64,000 nt of DNA, taken from Psammoneis japonica. Taxonomy: Eukaryota. Location of the stretch: NCBI GenBank assembly GCA_008632985.1, contig QPGO01000124.1:62001-126000 (forward strand), in the 5' to 3' direction. Below, in pieces: positions 1-14,004 of this stretch. The notes under the pieces are model-generated. The model had not been told where the DNA came from. It saw only the letters and a program-made list of their open reading frames with translations, and ran no database searches. The translations under genes were made by a program, and so were the position numbers. Each line of letters opens with the position of its first letter. Positions within the stretch are counted from its first letter, which is position 1.

Positions 1-213
1 AGATGGGATGCTGCCATCTCGAATTTCAAGTACTTCGATAGGATGGTCGATTGGGCGGTTATCTCTCATGCCGCCACGGAAGAACAAAGTGATTGCTTGT
101 GCGATTGCTACGAGTGCAACTACGAGTGCCACCTCAAAGGAACCTCCAATCATTGCCAGAAATGCCACAGAAGCCGGGAACATAATGAAAAAGAGCTGAT
201 CGGAATTCATCAT
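1..213 (-). CDS. 5' end of an unknown protein with an N-terminal hydrophobic segment; runs off the left window edge
   Basis: Manual minus-strand translation from ATG at 213 is open to position 1: MMNSDQLFFIMFPASVAFLAMIGGSFEVALVVALVAIAQAITLFFRGGMRDNRPIDHPIEVLEIRDGSIPS. Normal TpA content. Confidence 0.45.
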   Translation of the reverse strand, partial: MMNSDQLFFIMFPASVAFLAMIGGSFEVALVVALVAIAQAITLFFRGGMRDNRPIDHPIEVLEIRDGSIPS

Positions 214-1331
214 CGCTGCAGTCAAGAGCTTCTTGAGTTCGTCAACGGTTGTTCCAAAACAAAGACCAACAAAATCGTTACATGAGAAGGGAGTCACGGA
301 AAAGAGAGAACAGGATTGGCAGACATAAAAGGCGCACCGTTTGTTGTAAAAATCGAGGACGTTGGTCAACAATGGGATCACGTCAAAAGTTTGTGAGACA
401 ATGTTGCTTGAAAAATGCGCGCAAATCTAACGGTCAAAATCTCGTGACCCCGATCTCGAAACGGCTGATCTCACCGCTGTTTTCGTACCTTCAGACGTCC
501 CCGGTAACTGACGTTCGACATTCTAACAGTTTCAGCCGACGACATCGACAATGTTTCCGATGCATTACAACCGTCCCGTTCTCCAGATTTGAGTGAATAT
601 CCCGGGCTTCCCGTCTTTCTTCTAGGACGACGGTGCTATTCGGATTCGGCAAGGGCAATTCTCTTCTATCCTCAACACCAGCACACGTGTTGACGCTTCC
701 ATGTATTCGTTGATACTTCATGATCCTGTGATTGGTAGAGCGATTCGTTTCGAAAAAACGTGACAACTGTTCTACGTGAAGGACGACGCTCGGGTTTTGA
801 CGCGACGACATCATCGTGGCTCGCCCAGCAGACGACTGTGCGGCACCCTGCACCGCGTGCGGGCAGCTTGCTCAAAACGCGCGAAGGAAAACACGCAAGA
901 CATCACTTCTACAACAAGCAACAAAAGCAAATGATGTAACCAGCACTACAGACTTCCAATAATTTGTCTCTAAAAGTCGCTGGCTTGAACCTTGATTCCT
1001 CTTGATCGCTGCCCTGCGTTTCGCCACTTTGGAGAATCTTTCTGCCTTCATATTGTTGTTAGGCTTTGTCTTGTTTGGATTTTTCCAAGTGATCGCATGC
1101 TAGAAAGTGATGAGATTGCAAATAAGAAGAAGGAAGCACCGCGATGTGGCTTGGTTTCAACACGTCACGGACTACATCTAGTGCTGTACTGTAGTCAAGT
1201 AAAATATCTTCAAGCTGCAAGGAGTAGATTTCTTCAATCACGTTTCGGCAAACTGAAAACACCAAGTTAGAAGACTTGGAACAAAGAGGGGAACTTGGAG
1301 GTCGCCACGCAGAGGCTGCGCCATTCCATGC

Positions 1332-2187
1332 TCAAAGTTCCTCAAGAAGATTGGGGCGGCTACGATCATAGATATGGTCAAGAAAGAGTGTGTAACGCGG
1401 CCCACCTTTGTGGGCCGTTACACCATGGACAATGTTAGAACCATGAAGAAAGGCCGATCCGGGGACAGCCGTGGGTGCGACATGTGTGCCTCGGCCGTTC
1501 ACGCAAATCAGCTCCGCGCCGCTGTAGCCGTCATTGAGGTTCACCAACATCTTTTGTTTTTTGAGATCCTTGTGGTAGTCCACATTAAAATCACCCTCGC
1601 TTTGGCGGCGAAGAAGCACGCGAGACACTGGAGTATCTCTACCGAAGACTTCAAGGAAAATCTTGAGCAAACCTTGGACAGCATCATTGCCGATAATGCC
1701 AGCGAGATCCACCATGGAAATCGACTTGAAGCAGTCAAAATGAGGATCTTGTGTGCCATTCAACAATTCCTGCTCAAAGGCATCTTCAATGAAGGTTGTC
1801 AAAGATTCACACTTTTCTTTCGAGAGCACATTGTCTTCATGATGAAAGGATGCGTGAAGGGTGCCATCATGTCAGCAACAAAACCAGCTAGAAGCTCTTT
1901 GGATGATGGAGCTTCTTCGACAAGATTCCTTCCACCTGCTAAAGCCCGCGTGTACGGTCTATCAGCGCAGGCCAAACAGTCAGCCAAAATACCAAGGACG
2001 GGAATGGGATGCAATGCTCCTTGCATTGGCCGTGTTTTGCAGAACTCATGACTCTTCCGAAACCCGTTAAACCACATGGCTGACTGTCGCTACAACGACG
2101 TAAGCCGTGCACATTGGGTGACCAAAGAAGCAAAGACATCGCCACTAGGTTGATGGCCTTCGCAAAGCTCTGAATCTTCATCATCAT
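1332..2187 (-). CDS. Secreted-type 2OG-Fe(II) oxygenase domain protein, split over three frames
   Basis: Signal-peptide-like start MMMKIQSFAKAINLVAMSLLLWSPNVHG. The C-terminal ORF 1332..1829 has HxD (YHKD), distal His (HGVT) and the 2OG-binding Arg (GGPRYTL). Two frameshifts are needed near 2055 and 1830. Coding-like sequence may continue toward ~1060. Confidence 0.65.
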
Positions 2188-3699
2188 CACGTAGCGTCTC
2201 GGCTCTCTTCCTGAAGCGTTGCGACAAAAGAAATATCAGAATGCGTTCCATAAGTTCACTACAGAAAGACGCACAGAGCTACTCTAGCTGTAGAACTGTA
2301 GAATCCTGAGTCCTCTTTGGTCAGACGTACCTGGTGTCCCGGTTCACGAGTGTTGAGGAGGGTGGGTCCAAGCTGCAGCGAGTGACAACCCAAGACAATG
2401 GTTCGACCACTACGAAGATGCGAGACGTCGAGGTGTGGCTTGTCGATGTAAACAGGAACCAGCGTCCGATGCCAATTCCAAGACAGGGCTAAGAAATCCA
2501 GACCTGAAAAACTTCAATGTTCCATTTTCCCGCCCTTTTGACGCGCGCAAATCGAAAGATCTCCATAATTCTATGTCATGTTGTTGTCATTTATTTCCTC
2601 ATGACACTCTAGAAACAATGCTGACTTCTACGCAGGACACCACCAAAATTTGGTGCCTCATTTCTCTTTCAGAGATCGACAAAATGCAGGAAGATGCAAA
2701 AAAAGCAAAGCTTTCTTTTGTGACTTACTCACCCTCACAAAAAAAAACATTGTGGTGTCATCCAAAGAAGAAGAAAGAAAGTTCGCAAAGGGTGCTGCTG
2801 CCAAGCAGAGTCGACGAGGCATTTTCTGCTCCCGAGACGACAAAGAACCGGTCTGCCAAGAAAACTGCTGCAGCCAAGAACAATGAAGACAAGAAGAGCA
2901 AGGCATCAACAGATGGTGGCAAGAGTGATGGGTCCATTGCACAGCAAACAAACCAAGGAAGATTGGTCTGAGGCGCCTCATCTGTCAATCATGATGGGCA
3001 CAGTGAACGAGTGGCTTGGGAAGAAGGGCTGGTGTCATGACAGCAATGGAGAAGCTTGTTCAATGGAAGCATTGGCTGGTTCAGTTAAAAGTGGTCAGTG
3101 TTGTCAAAAATGTTTTTGTCCTTCATTCTGTTGTCAATGAGCCTGGTGTGCGCAACTTGCCAGCTCTGAGAAGATTTTTGAACAAAACAAAAATCCACAA
3201 TTCTTGACAACACACAAAGGGACCAACCCAGTTTGATGCATCATGCATTCCTCCCAACATTGAAAAAAGAAAGGGAAATCGGCGCAAGCACCGCTGAGAC
3301 ATCACGCCCCAAAAGTGGGACACCGGCTGCGTGCATCATTGTGCTGTGCAGTTTGTTGTGTGCAACTTGGAAACACATGTTGTGCAATGATGAATGTTGA
3401 CAATGCAAGTTGCGAATTTACACATTTGGTGCAAACACCATGCCACAAAGAGATCTGGCTTCCGTTGACAAACATTGGCGCCACATTGAAGACACTGAAA
3501 AAGCTTCAAATTCAACTCAAATTCAAGGACAAATGAAAGTGCACTGCACATCATGATGCAGCACCTCGCGAAACTTCATTGGAGCTTGCAGCTCATGAGG
3601 GGCCAATGCAAGCATGTCTTAATTTGCACCATGCTTCAAATTGCATCAGACTCTGCTGCACTTCTGTTTTGGCAATTGTCCAGCCATGCAGGTGGCTCT

Positions 3700-4930
3700 T
3701 TACAAAACCTGTGGGGTTCACACTGGAGCTCATGCAGAATTTGACAAGGGTGCAACTCCATTTTGAGAATGACAAGTGGAAATGCAGAGTCTGTTTGGGC
3801 ACATGTTTGACGAGGATGCCTGAGGAGGAATCCTCTCAATTTCCTTCATTCCACTCAAACACCCCCGGTTTGGCATGCCGCGCTGCAAGAAATGGCCACG
3901 CACATTGTGCTTTGATGCGCCTTGGCATGGCAAACATGATGGTGGGGCAGACACATTTTTCATATGTGATCTCTTTCCATTGCTGCGCAAAGAGAAGGTT
4001 GACACACTGGTTTGGCTTCCTGGGGGGCTTTGGTTGCAACATGTGGTGCAAACGGTTGCATGCATTGACTCGTGCCTCAATTGCCGTGCTGCACGGGTGA
4101 TGTCTGAATGGTCAAAAACATTGCCGAGGCAAGCTCTTTCTGTGTTTTCTTGTTTTGCATCATTTTCCCATTTGCTGAAGATCATTGTTGCTTTTTGTCA
4201 CAGCTCACAAGGTGGGTTGATCATCTCACATGGTTGATCATGGCATCTTTTTTTTGGCATGTTTTTCAAGTCATTGGCGCTGCCAGAGCTCATCCGTTTA
4301 GGAGCTTCATGCTTCACCCCACTCCACATCCTTTTGCTCACTTGTTGTGCACATTAAGACGGACTTGTGATGCTCTTGATGTCCTTCTTGGGGTCTTGGT
4401 CAGCACATGATGATGGCATGTCACATTTCAGGTGTGTCAATTTCTCAAAAAGAGCATGCAGCGGAAACAAAACAACGCGATGGAGCCTCGGGGATGCTTG
4501 TGATGGTGGCATTTGCCTGACAGACTTCACATGCTCCAAAGAGAACAATCATGTGAGCACATTGTCATTGATTGAGTTTTAGAGTTGTTTTGACAAAAGT
4601 CGCACACCCTCACGAGCCTTTTTTTCGTCTCGTTCATGCGTGCAGGTGTCTGGTCTGTGATGAGCCTTTCTTCCCACTCTGCAATCTATTCTCTTCATTG
4701 TCCAAGACACAATGTCATCCATGTCATGTGGGAAGATCTCAGCAGTGCACCGATGAGTCCAGGCTTTGCACCAGGTGAAATGGAGAAGTGGAGGCCTGCC
4801 CTGACGGGCTCCTTGCCTCCTCTTGGATGCTCGGATGCCACGAACTGCCGGCAGCACTTGGGTCCTTAAAACCAGGTGGGGTGTCTCAGAGCTGCCTCTG
4901 GAAGCTGTCTCAGTGAGCACACTGTGATGC
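3700..4930 (+). repeat. Dispersed repeat family R1, copy 1 (unclassified TE relic)
   Basis: Aligns by eye with the reverse complement of ~11400-12640 and directly with ~54930-55920 (e.g. tggtttggcttcctggggggctttgg). TpA and CpG are both strongly depleted. Confidence 0.8.
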
Positions 4931-6333
4931 AAAGTTGTGCACAAAAATGTTGAAAGATCTGGCATGACAGGCTTTTTTGGGGGGCTGTGGGGACCAACAA
5001 GGAACAGTGTCAGAAACAATGTTTTGCCTTTTGTTTTGATGAAAAACATTTTTCAAAGGATGCCAAGGCATTGACATGCACTGCAACATTGGAGTTTGTT
5101 TTTCCAAGTCAAAAATGCGGCAAGTGAATCATCGCAGTGCCGGCACTGTCTTCATGTCATCACAGCGACACACGTCATCATGCCAACATGGATTTTGTGC
5201 AGCACCGGTGCCATTTGAGCAATTGCTCAAACTCAAGCAAGTTTGAGCAATCTTGAAAGTTTTGGCATTTGCTTGAACTTGTGCAAGCTTGAAGAACTCA
5301 GTTTGGAAAAAAGAAGACGATTGGTCACAACCCTCAAGTGGTGGTGCTCCTCATGCGGTGTTCACTCATGTCCGTTGTGATTGCACATGTGCCCACATTT
5401 GAGCAGTTTTCCCACATGGCACTGCTGCTGTGTCTCCAGCCATGGATGCCCTGCTTCTCATGCACTGGTGTGTGCACCTGCTGCCAACTGTTGGCACCAA
5501 GAAACATGGAAGCCTTTTTCTCCACTGGCCACTGGAGACAACTGTTCAATGGGCTGTCTGCACTCTTGAAAACAGCATCAGGAGAGTCAGAATGAAGTGG
5601 AGCAACTTGAGCATTGCACAACTCCATGTGACAAACTCTTCTGTCCACTTCAGGAAGAACATCAAAATCAACATCCTGACCTTCTTTTGAAGCTCCTCCT
5701 TTGAAAACTGCAAAGAAAAAAACACAGCAGTTGTTCAGAGTGTTGTTGCAGTGCAGTGCTGTCTGCCGTTGTGTGCCCTCTCATGAAGAATGTGGTGGAG
5801 ATTGACTTGTTTTTGACCTTCACTTGATGCCCCTTTTGCGTGTGAGGCACACTCTGTTCTCTGGCAAAGTTGTGTTTTGGGGGCTGGAGCAACGGGCTCA
5901 CCGCAATTTGGCCGAAAGCAAAAGTCGCTGTTGCTTGCAGGTGTTGCCACCACTGGCTGGGAAGCCCTGCACACTGTCATTCTTTTGTGCTTGTTGATGT
6001 TTGTTTCTTGCGAAAGTTTTGTGGCTTGCAGCAAAAAAGAAGAGGAACAGTGGATACAAACTGCAACGCAAGTGCTGATCTAATCTATCTGGCTGAGACA
6101 CATGTCACACTGTACACGACATCCAATCAATCGCATTCGTCACTCACCTGTCCGTCAAACGTTGCCTGTGTGTCAGCTGACACACGCACGCACGCACGTC
6201 TGACTGATTTTGTGAGCTGTTCGTCGTCGCTGTTCGTAATTTTTTGTCCTTGATGTTGTTCTCATGATTCTCGCAGTGCATCACAATCCTGGCTCACGCA
6301 TCCCCCATATCAACAGAAAACAACTCAGACAAG

Positions 6334-6963
6334 ATGAAGATCCTATCAAGAAGTTCGCGGTTTTTGCTGCCGTGTTTGCATGCATCATCATTGTGTCATG
6401 CGGATACTCCTCCTTCGGAATCACTACAAGGCGATCCACCATGACTATGAAACGACGTGCCGGGGGATTTAGCAAGAAACAACAAAGCAGTCCAATGGGC
6501 AATAGTGGCGGATCGGTGCTGCTGCAGCACCGTCCGGTCGTTGGGTCACGGTTGCCGGTTTACAGTCGGCCGCAGATCTCCCCACCCAAGAGGGCAAGGT
6601 GCAATTGGTGGACACCATGGCGGACGTGCTGATGAATGCCGCCACCAATCCTACCGGAGCGTATCCGTGGTAAAATATGGTGACAATACCTACTGCTTTA
6701 GTTCTTCGTGTCCGTCTTGCAAAATTCCACTCACCAAGGCCAAAGTGGTAGAGGCCAACGAGGAATCCAACGGAAGTCCCCGCGTCGTTTGTGACTTTTG
6801 TAGCGCAACCTATAATGTTCAAACGGGAGAAAATTGACGAGCGCCAAGGGTGGCGGACTATTGGGTGGAATTACCAAGGCTGTCTTTTCGTCTCAATCGA
6901 CGGGAATTTGCCAACTATGGATTGGGAGAAAAGGACGGCAAAGTGTTGATTAATCTTGGATAA
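6334..6963 (+). CDS. Rieske-like domain protein, probably plastid-targeted, with several 1-bp frameshifts
   Basis: Frames stitch to signal/transit-like N-terminus ...RRSTMTMKRR...WVTVAGLQSAADLP...YCFSSSCPSCKIPLTKAKV...RVVCDFCSATYNVQTGE...YGLGEKDGKVLINLG*, which has Rieske-fold spacing. Confidence 0.65.
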
Positions 6964-7223
6964 AACAGAAAAGCGTGCCTAGGCATATGCTCGGACAGAG
7001 AGACGGATCTGGAGTGGCGCTCTACTCAAGACAAAGAAAACAACAAATAACTCAAACGGCTACACAAATTACAGTAAGACTGTATTTAATTTTTAAACGT
7101 ATTCAACAACCACCTTGGTCCCTCGTTGTTCCCTCTAGAACACCACATTCAAATTCGCAATTACACATTTTCACACACATTGTTTCCCAGTCACACACAC
7201 ACACACACACCCTCTCTTTTCTT

Positions 7224-8877
7224 TTAATCAAATCCAAGAGATTCCAAAAAGGCCACAAACGCAATACTGGCTGGAAACATGGCCAACACCATGGCGGCAC
7301 GTGCCGTTGTCATTTTGGAATCTTGCACCAAATACCCAATAATAAATTCGACGGTCACAATCGTGATGGTTTCCGCCGTGTATTGCCATGCCAATCCTCT
7401 CCAAAAGATCAATCCCATAAAGATGGACAAACAAAAGGTATTGTTCATGCTGGCCGCGCCTTCGAGTGCTGTGAGAGATACGGAAATGGTTTTGCGTGTC
7501 TTTTTGGCGGCATAGTATTGACTCGCCAAGACTTCACTGGCATTGGAGGCGAGCGGAGCAAGAATGAACGAGACATAAAAGGGTGACAGTCCCATGCGGT
7601 TGGCTGTTTCTTGTAACACATCCACCATGGGATCCGAAAACATAACTACCAGACCCGTTCCGATAAAGAGCATGACAAAGGCACGACGCTTGATGATCGC
7701 CTGCTGTTGATCCGGAGAAAGGTGAGAAATGTCTTGAGGAATTTCTTCTTCCTCCTCTTCTTCATCAGCATCACCACCACCGGCTTCTATGGACAAGACA
7801 CCCGTGGCACCACGCTCTTCTTCTTCTTGTTCTTTTGGAGCAGACGCCGTTTGCTTTTTCGTTTTAATCAACATGTAGCACGCCTTGATGAATTCTTCAA
7901 AGGAAACAATACCATCACCATCTAAATCGATTGTATTGTACATTTCATCAAAGCGCTCATCCTTGACGTCTTCATGGAATTCATTGAAAAACATTTGCAC
8001 TTCGGTTTTATCCAACGTATTGGTCCGATCCTTGTCAAACCGTACAAAGGCATCGCGTAGTACCAAAGCAGATAATCATAGACGGGTTGCGACGGCGCAT
8101 CCGCATCCGCCGAAACGGACTGATAGCCTTGTCCAAAACGCGTCGATAGTTCTGATTCGACCGCTTCCAGTGTCGCACTCAGTGCTCCACTCACGACACC
8201 TTTCCTTCACTGAGCAGCTTCTTCATGACGTTGGTACGTCGCAATTGATCCATACCCTTGCGGAGGCTTGCAATTGCATGTACAGTACGAAATGAAACCC
8301 ACCAAACACACAATGAGTCCCGCCAAACTCCACCATGTTCGCCTTGAGCTATTTCTTGCGAGGGACCGTGCAAGAAAAAGGCGGGGCCTTGAATGATAAA
8401 TACGGTAAGGAGGAAATCACCATGACGATCCCACCGTGTTTGACTTGTTGTGTAATGCTCACACCCGTGCCATGTAATTCTTCTTTGAAGAACTCTTTTT
8501 CGATACTTTGGGTTTACCTAAATAATTGGGATTGCCGTTTGGTCTAAATCGACGCGTCCACCATACACACTCAAGGCCCACGGGACGGTCAAGAGCATGA
8601 TGGTCGATCCCGCCAGTGCACCGACCCGACCGACAGTGTTTCTTGTGCTTTATTGATATTCCCAATCCACTAAAAGCATAATGGCTCCATCGGGAACGGC
8701 ACCCAACAGTGGTAACACGACACTGCCCACCAAACCCGCCATGCTGGGTACCAACAACAACAAATCCGACCCTTGAGCAATGAGATTGGAAGCAAAGTAA
8801 AGGAGATAACCATAGGAGAGGAGCAGCCATAGTAAGCCCGTCAAACCCACTTCACTGGGTTCAATGGATGGAATCAT
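7224..8877 (-). CDS. EF-hand-containing Ca2+/cation exchanger (NCL/EFCAX-like, CaCA superfamily)
   Basis: N-terminal alpha-1 region GSDLLLLVPSMAGLVGSVVLPLLGAVPDGAIM. Two EF hands (FDKDRTNTLDKTE, IDLDGDGIVSFEE), an acidic linker and alpha-2 region FILAPLASNASE...GAASMNNTFCL. The middle part needs several frameshifts. Confidence 0.85.
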
Positions 8878-11229
8878 AATGTAATAATAATGATGATATA
8901 GAGATTATAACAGCAGCAACTGATGTGTGGTTGATGTTGTTGCTGATTATTGATGACTTGATGATGTCAACACGAGATACTATCCTGAGATCCTTCGCTT
9001 TCATCTTTGTGGTCATCATCAATCGCGCGATTTTGATGAGCCATCCGCACTATCGTCGCTGTCTTCGATCTCAACCGGTCATTTTGTGGACGGACAATGG
9101 CAAGACTCCCGACATTCTATCGTGCCTAGCTAGAAGTAGCTTGCACCCCCCCCCCCCACCCACACACACACACACACTGCATGTTGCCAAGTCCATTGTT
9201 CAAAAAATCACCAACATGGACTGACAAATAATGTCAACCCAAACAAAGCTGTGCTGTGGAGAAAAGTTGGGGTGCCAGACTGACACACCAACCTTGCCAG
9301 CTGCAGAGCTTTCCCCATGAAAAAAAGAGAGGGCGCACTTTTTCTTTGTGTTTTTGTTCACTCCCACCCTTGGCCGTGCGTGGTGGCCACACAGTGCTCA
9401 CCCCTGCTGCCCCAGAGTTGTGTGCAGAAACCCTGAGCAACAAAATTGAAGGAGCAAAGAATGGGTGCCTTCCACATGGTCCAGCGACAGTTGTCCAATG
9501 ATGCTGTGCTGGTGGTGTGATGAGGAGACGTCTGGTGAGCACAACACAGCCAGGCGGTGGTGTGGCGACACATGCAAAAATCACACACAGAGGGTTGCTT
9601 TGTTTGTTCTTGAGTTGCTCCACACCCACACCAGACACACTCTGTGAGATCCCAAGAAGCCCCCCCCTGGCAATGTGGAGCCAACTCCAGCACTTCTGAC
9701 TGCCAAAGGGTGTTGGGAAAGAAGAGTCTGTGATCACAGCCACTTGGTTGACATGTGGGTGTGGGCACTCTCCACAGCTTTTGTTTTTGTGCAGTGGAGG
9801 GAACTTGCTCAAAGTCTGTCAGACCACACTGTGTCACACCATGTTGTGTCCACATGCGCCGCAAGTGTGTTGGAACATCCAAATCATGGGAAATGTGAAG
9901 AACCCAGATGCGTTGAAGAAAAGATGCTGCAGCTCCTCACAAGGTTTTGCCATCACCAATCTCTCAACCTGTGGTCTCATCTCACTCTTTGGAGCAAATC
10001 ATTTGGTTTGTTTGGGGTTTGTTGACTGGCATCACCAGGCACCCATTGTCTCACAAGTTTGAAGTTTGTGCTGACAACGTCTTGGCAACCCATGGCCGCT
10101 GCAATTGACTGCTGGCCAAGGCAAGTGTGCCAAGTGGCACAGGAAGCCTGACAGGGCTCTTTTTTGGTGGCATGCTGGTTTGACATGAGCATGCCAGCAG
10201 GATCAGCATTGGAAAACCAAGGGGGCAGTGTGAGTCAAGTGCAGCTCATCCAAATTTTGTCTTGACGGCTCCCCACGTTGCAGCCACAATTCCACACAGA
10301 TTTGTTGCAAGCACAGGTGGATGAAAGCATTGAGAGGGCTTTTCAAAGGAAACAAAAAGAGATGTTTGTCATGATCATTTTCTCTGTGAAACAAAAAGAG
10401 GTGTTTGTCATGATCATTTTCTCTGCCCTTCTGAGGCCACACACTTTTCTTCTCTTTCACAACAAACTGACTCCATCAGCTGCAATGCTGCTCTCTTTTG
10501 TCAAAATTGAAATGCCGTTGGTGCTGCTGTGCATGCTGCCATGCAACTTTTTCAACTCTCCACCCATGATTTTTTGCATTGCAGTGCTCTGCCCACAAAT
10601 CTGCTGGCATCCTGTTGATTGTGAGCCCCAGAGCCTGCAAACAGCCCGTGCATGTGTTTTGATGCAAGAGATTTTCAGACACCAGACATGACAGGTTTTT
10701 GCACTCTGGCACTCAGGGAGCTTTGCAGGTGGGTTGGGAAGGCAGGTGTGGGTTGCAGCACCAAAAGCCAAGGAATTTCAAGAAGCCGCGAGCTTCATTG
10801 TCAAGTCACTTGGTGTGCGACCGCTGCTGCAAAGAACAAAAAAAACTGTGTCAGGTCATGCAGGCAGCTCCAAGTTCATGAAAAGAAGAAGAGGAAAAGG
10901 AGGAGGAACAAAGGAGAGAGTGACACTTCAAAATGCGCGCGCACAATGCCCAGAAGATCAGGCTTCCGATTCACACAGCTGGCCATCTAGTCACGGCTCT
11001 CTGCTCTAGAGCAAACACTCTAAAGAAGAACAACATTCCACGATCTATCCAAATGCATTGTCTGCTGGTTCATTGCTCACAAAAATGCAGAAAAAGCACG
11101 CACCCATGGCTGACTAACTCCACAATCAACACACAACAGCACACTCACCAAACATTTTTTCATCACTTTTCTTCAACCAGTTCCACACTGTTCTGTCCAT
11201 TCCCTCTCAGACCACCCAACCAGATGCAG

Positions 11230-12640
11230 AAAGTTCCAGGATCTGATTTCCCCACATGAACAAAGAACATCAAAGACACTTGTCATTTAGAACATGGGCC
11301 TGGAAATGCCGCTGCAAGCTTTGACAGTCAACAACATTCACACTGGAAAATGACAGGCAAAATGAAAATGTGAGTGGAACAACGCACACAGTGACAAACC
11401 ATTGGGGTCTCATGTCACAGCACACTCACCTGGGCACCTTTTGGAGGCAGAGCTGAGTGGCCTCACCAATTTTTATGCCCCCATGTGCCATCAGCGGTTT
11501 GTGGCATCTGTGCATTAAAGAGGAGGCAATGAGCCCACCAACACAAGCCTCAACCTCCCCATTTTACCCGGCGCAAAGCCTGGACTCATCGGCACACTGC
11601 CAAGATCTCCCAAAATGACATGGACAGCATTGTGTCTTAGACAATGAAGAGAGTCAATTGCAGAACAGGAAAAAGGCCTGTCATAGACCAGATGCCTGCA
11701 TGCGTGAACGAGACGCACAAGAAAAGGCTCGTGAGGCATGCAAGTTTCATCAAAACGAGTCCAACACTCAAACAATTAGAGCACACTCACAGGATTGCCT
11801 TTCTTGGACTGTGACAAGACTGTCTGACAATTGCCAACATCGCAAGTGTCCTCCAGGCTCCATCATGTTGTTTTGTTCCAGCGTGCACTTTCCAAAAATT
11901 GTGATGGCCGAAACACGACATGCCATGATTGTGTGCCAACCAAGCCCCCAAGAAGGATGTCAAGCATCACAAATCCACATTGACACACACAGTGGGTGCA
12001 CCAAAGAATGCAGAGTGGGGCAAAGCATGAAGATCCCAAACAGGTGCGCACTTTGGTGGCACCAATGACTTGAAAAACATGCCGACATGACAGACACCAC
12101 AATCGACTGTGCGAGACAATCCATCCACTTTTCAAGCTGCAACAAAATGCAACAATGATCTTTGGTGACCAGGAAAATGACACAAAATGAGAAAACATGG
12201 AAAGAACTTACCTCGACAGCATTGTCGACCAGTCAGATGTCACCCGCACTGCACAGCGATCAAGGCACGAGTCGATGCACGCAACTGTTTGCACCGTGTG
12301 TCGCAGCCAAAGCCCCCCAGGAAGCCAGCCAAGCCAGTGTGTCAAACTCTTTGCAACAGTGACAGAAAGAGATCACGCATGAAAAATGCATCTGCCCCGT
12401 GATGTTTGCCATGCCGAGACACATCAAAGTGCAGCACACATGGCCATTTCTTGTGGTGCCATGTGCCAAATCGGGGTCATTTGATTGGAATGAAGTAAAT
12501 GAAGAGGATTCCCCATCAGGCGTCCTTGTCAAATTTGAGCCAAAATGGGCCGTTGCTTTCTGCTTGTCCTCGTCAAAATGGAATTGCGTCCTCATCAAAT
12601 TCTGCACAAGCTCCAGCACATTTCCCACCGCACACAGTTT
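11230..12640 (-). repeat. Dispersed repeat family R1, copy 2 (inverted), absent from duplication copy B
   Basis: Reverse complement matches 3700-4930 and 54930-56100. Confidence 0.8.
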
Positions 12641-12659
12641 GTGAAGAGCCTTTTTATCT

Positions 12660-12983
12660 CAGTGTCAACTGGTTGATGGGATCGATTGCAATCAGCCTCA
12701 CTTTGATTGCAATCGCAATTGCAAACTCGATTGCAGTGACCTGATTGTCGGGAAAGAGCCGAGGTCGCAATCACAATCGACTGTTGCAATCGATTGCAAT
12801 CAAAATTCGAGCTCTTTTTTTAGCTAAAATCAGTGAAACAGCTCGATTTCTCCTGCGCGCCTGGCCGGCGGGGCGACTGCAATCAGGACTGCAATCTGTT
12901 CGTCAGACCGCGCAATCCACAGCGATGCAATCGACTGGCTGCAATCTGATTGCTGCAGAAAACTTTGCAATTGGTTGACCCTG
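12660..12983. mobile_element. hAT-like MITE (324 bp)
   Basis: Imperfect TIRs cagtgtcaac...gttgaccctg, 8-bp TSD ttttatct (12652-12659) / tttcatct (12984-12991), and many internal gattgcaatc-like subterminal motifs. Confidence 0.75.
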
Positions 12984-14004
12984 TTTCATCTTGCTCTTGC
13001 TTCGCGCGTCGGGCATCGGCATCGACATCTGTCACTCGCTCGCCACAGCACTGACAGCAAAGTGCCCGTGCAGGATTGAGCTTCTGCAAAGAAACTGCTG
13101 GGTCGCGGGTCAGTTGAAGCTGGCTGATTGGACACAGAACAGTGCATCTTCTTCAAGATCTGCCGGAAGAAGCTGGAAGACACAATGCATCAAGGAAGAA
13201 GGAAATGGGCCGCCAGAGCAGATTGAGTCACAGCTGCAATCTCATCTGTGAACGAGCTGTGCCATGAGAACGTAAGTGCTGATGCTCCTTGCCGCAGAAG
13301 AATGGGATTGTTCGTATGAGTGAGGTCTTGCTTTTTGTCAATTGAGCTCGAAGAGCCTTTCACGTTTTGCTCATCATTTGCTCCGCATCTTGTCCTTCTT
13401 CATCCTCCTCTTCGTTCATTTTCGTCAACTTCAGAATTGCGCTTGCCTTTGCCTTGCAATTTGCAAGTGTCTTGGCCACCGATTGCCCTTTTCTGAAGAA
13501 AAAGAAGGAAGATGCTGTGAAGAACACGGCTCATGTTGTCAACCAGAAAAATCGTAAGCTCAACCTGCCGTTGTCCGAGCGTACGGGACCCTGTTTATTT
13601 TTCTATCCTATCCTGCCTTTTTTCTATCCCACCTTTTTTCTATCCTAACTGGCGATATTTTCTATCCATAATTGAAAGCATGTGTATCACTTCCATACGT
13701 AGAATTAATACCAGTGCATACGGCATTCTTAACGGTGCAGATAGATAATTAACATAATGACATGTAGATCATATACAAAAATTGCTGACTCCCGCGACTG
13801 CAGCGACCGCAGCCGCGACCAGAGCACTCAGACGAACGCAGCTGTGGGTGGGGACGCCGTATAAATCACGTAGAGACGAATTTTCTTGGATCGAAACGAG
13901 AGTTACCTTAGTCGATAGAGGGTGTTATGGCGGTCTTAAAATGGGGGGTAACTTTTTCATTTGCCCTGTGTTCGTCGATAACGAGATCGATGAAGTGACC
14001 GCCA

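Noticed and set aside
2435..3550. Lys-rich ORF and downstream Cys-rich frames as a gene
   Set aside because: Low complexity, broken by stops, inside a TpA-depleted block, and no family recognised.
9145..9177. Poly-C plus (CA)n tract, also (CA)n at ~7192-7210 and poly-C at ~32855-32868
   Set aside because: Ordinary microsatellites and homopolymers.
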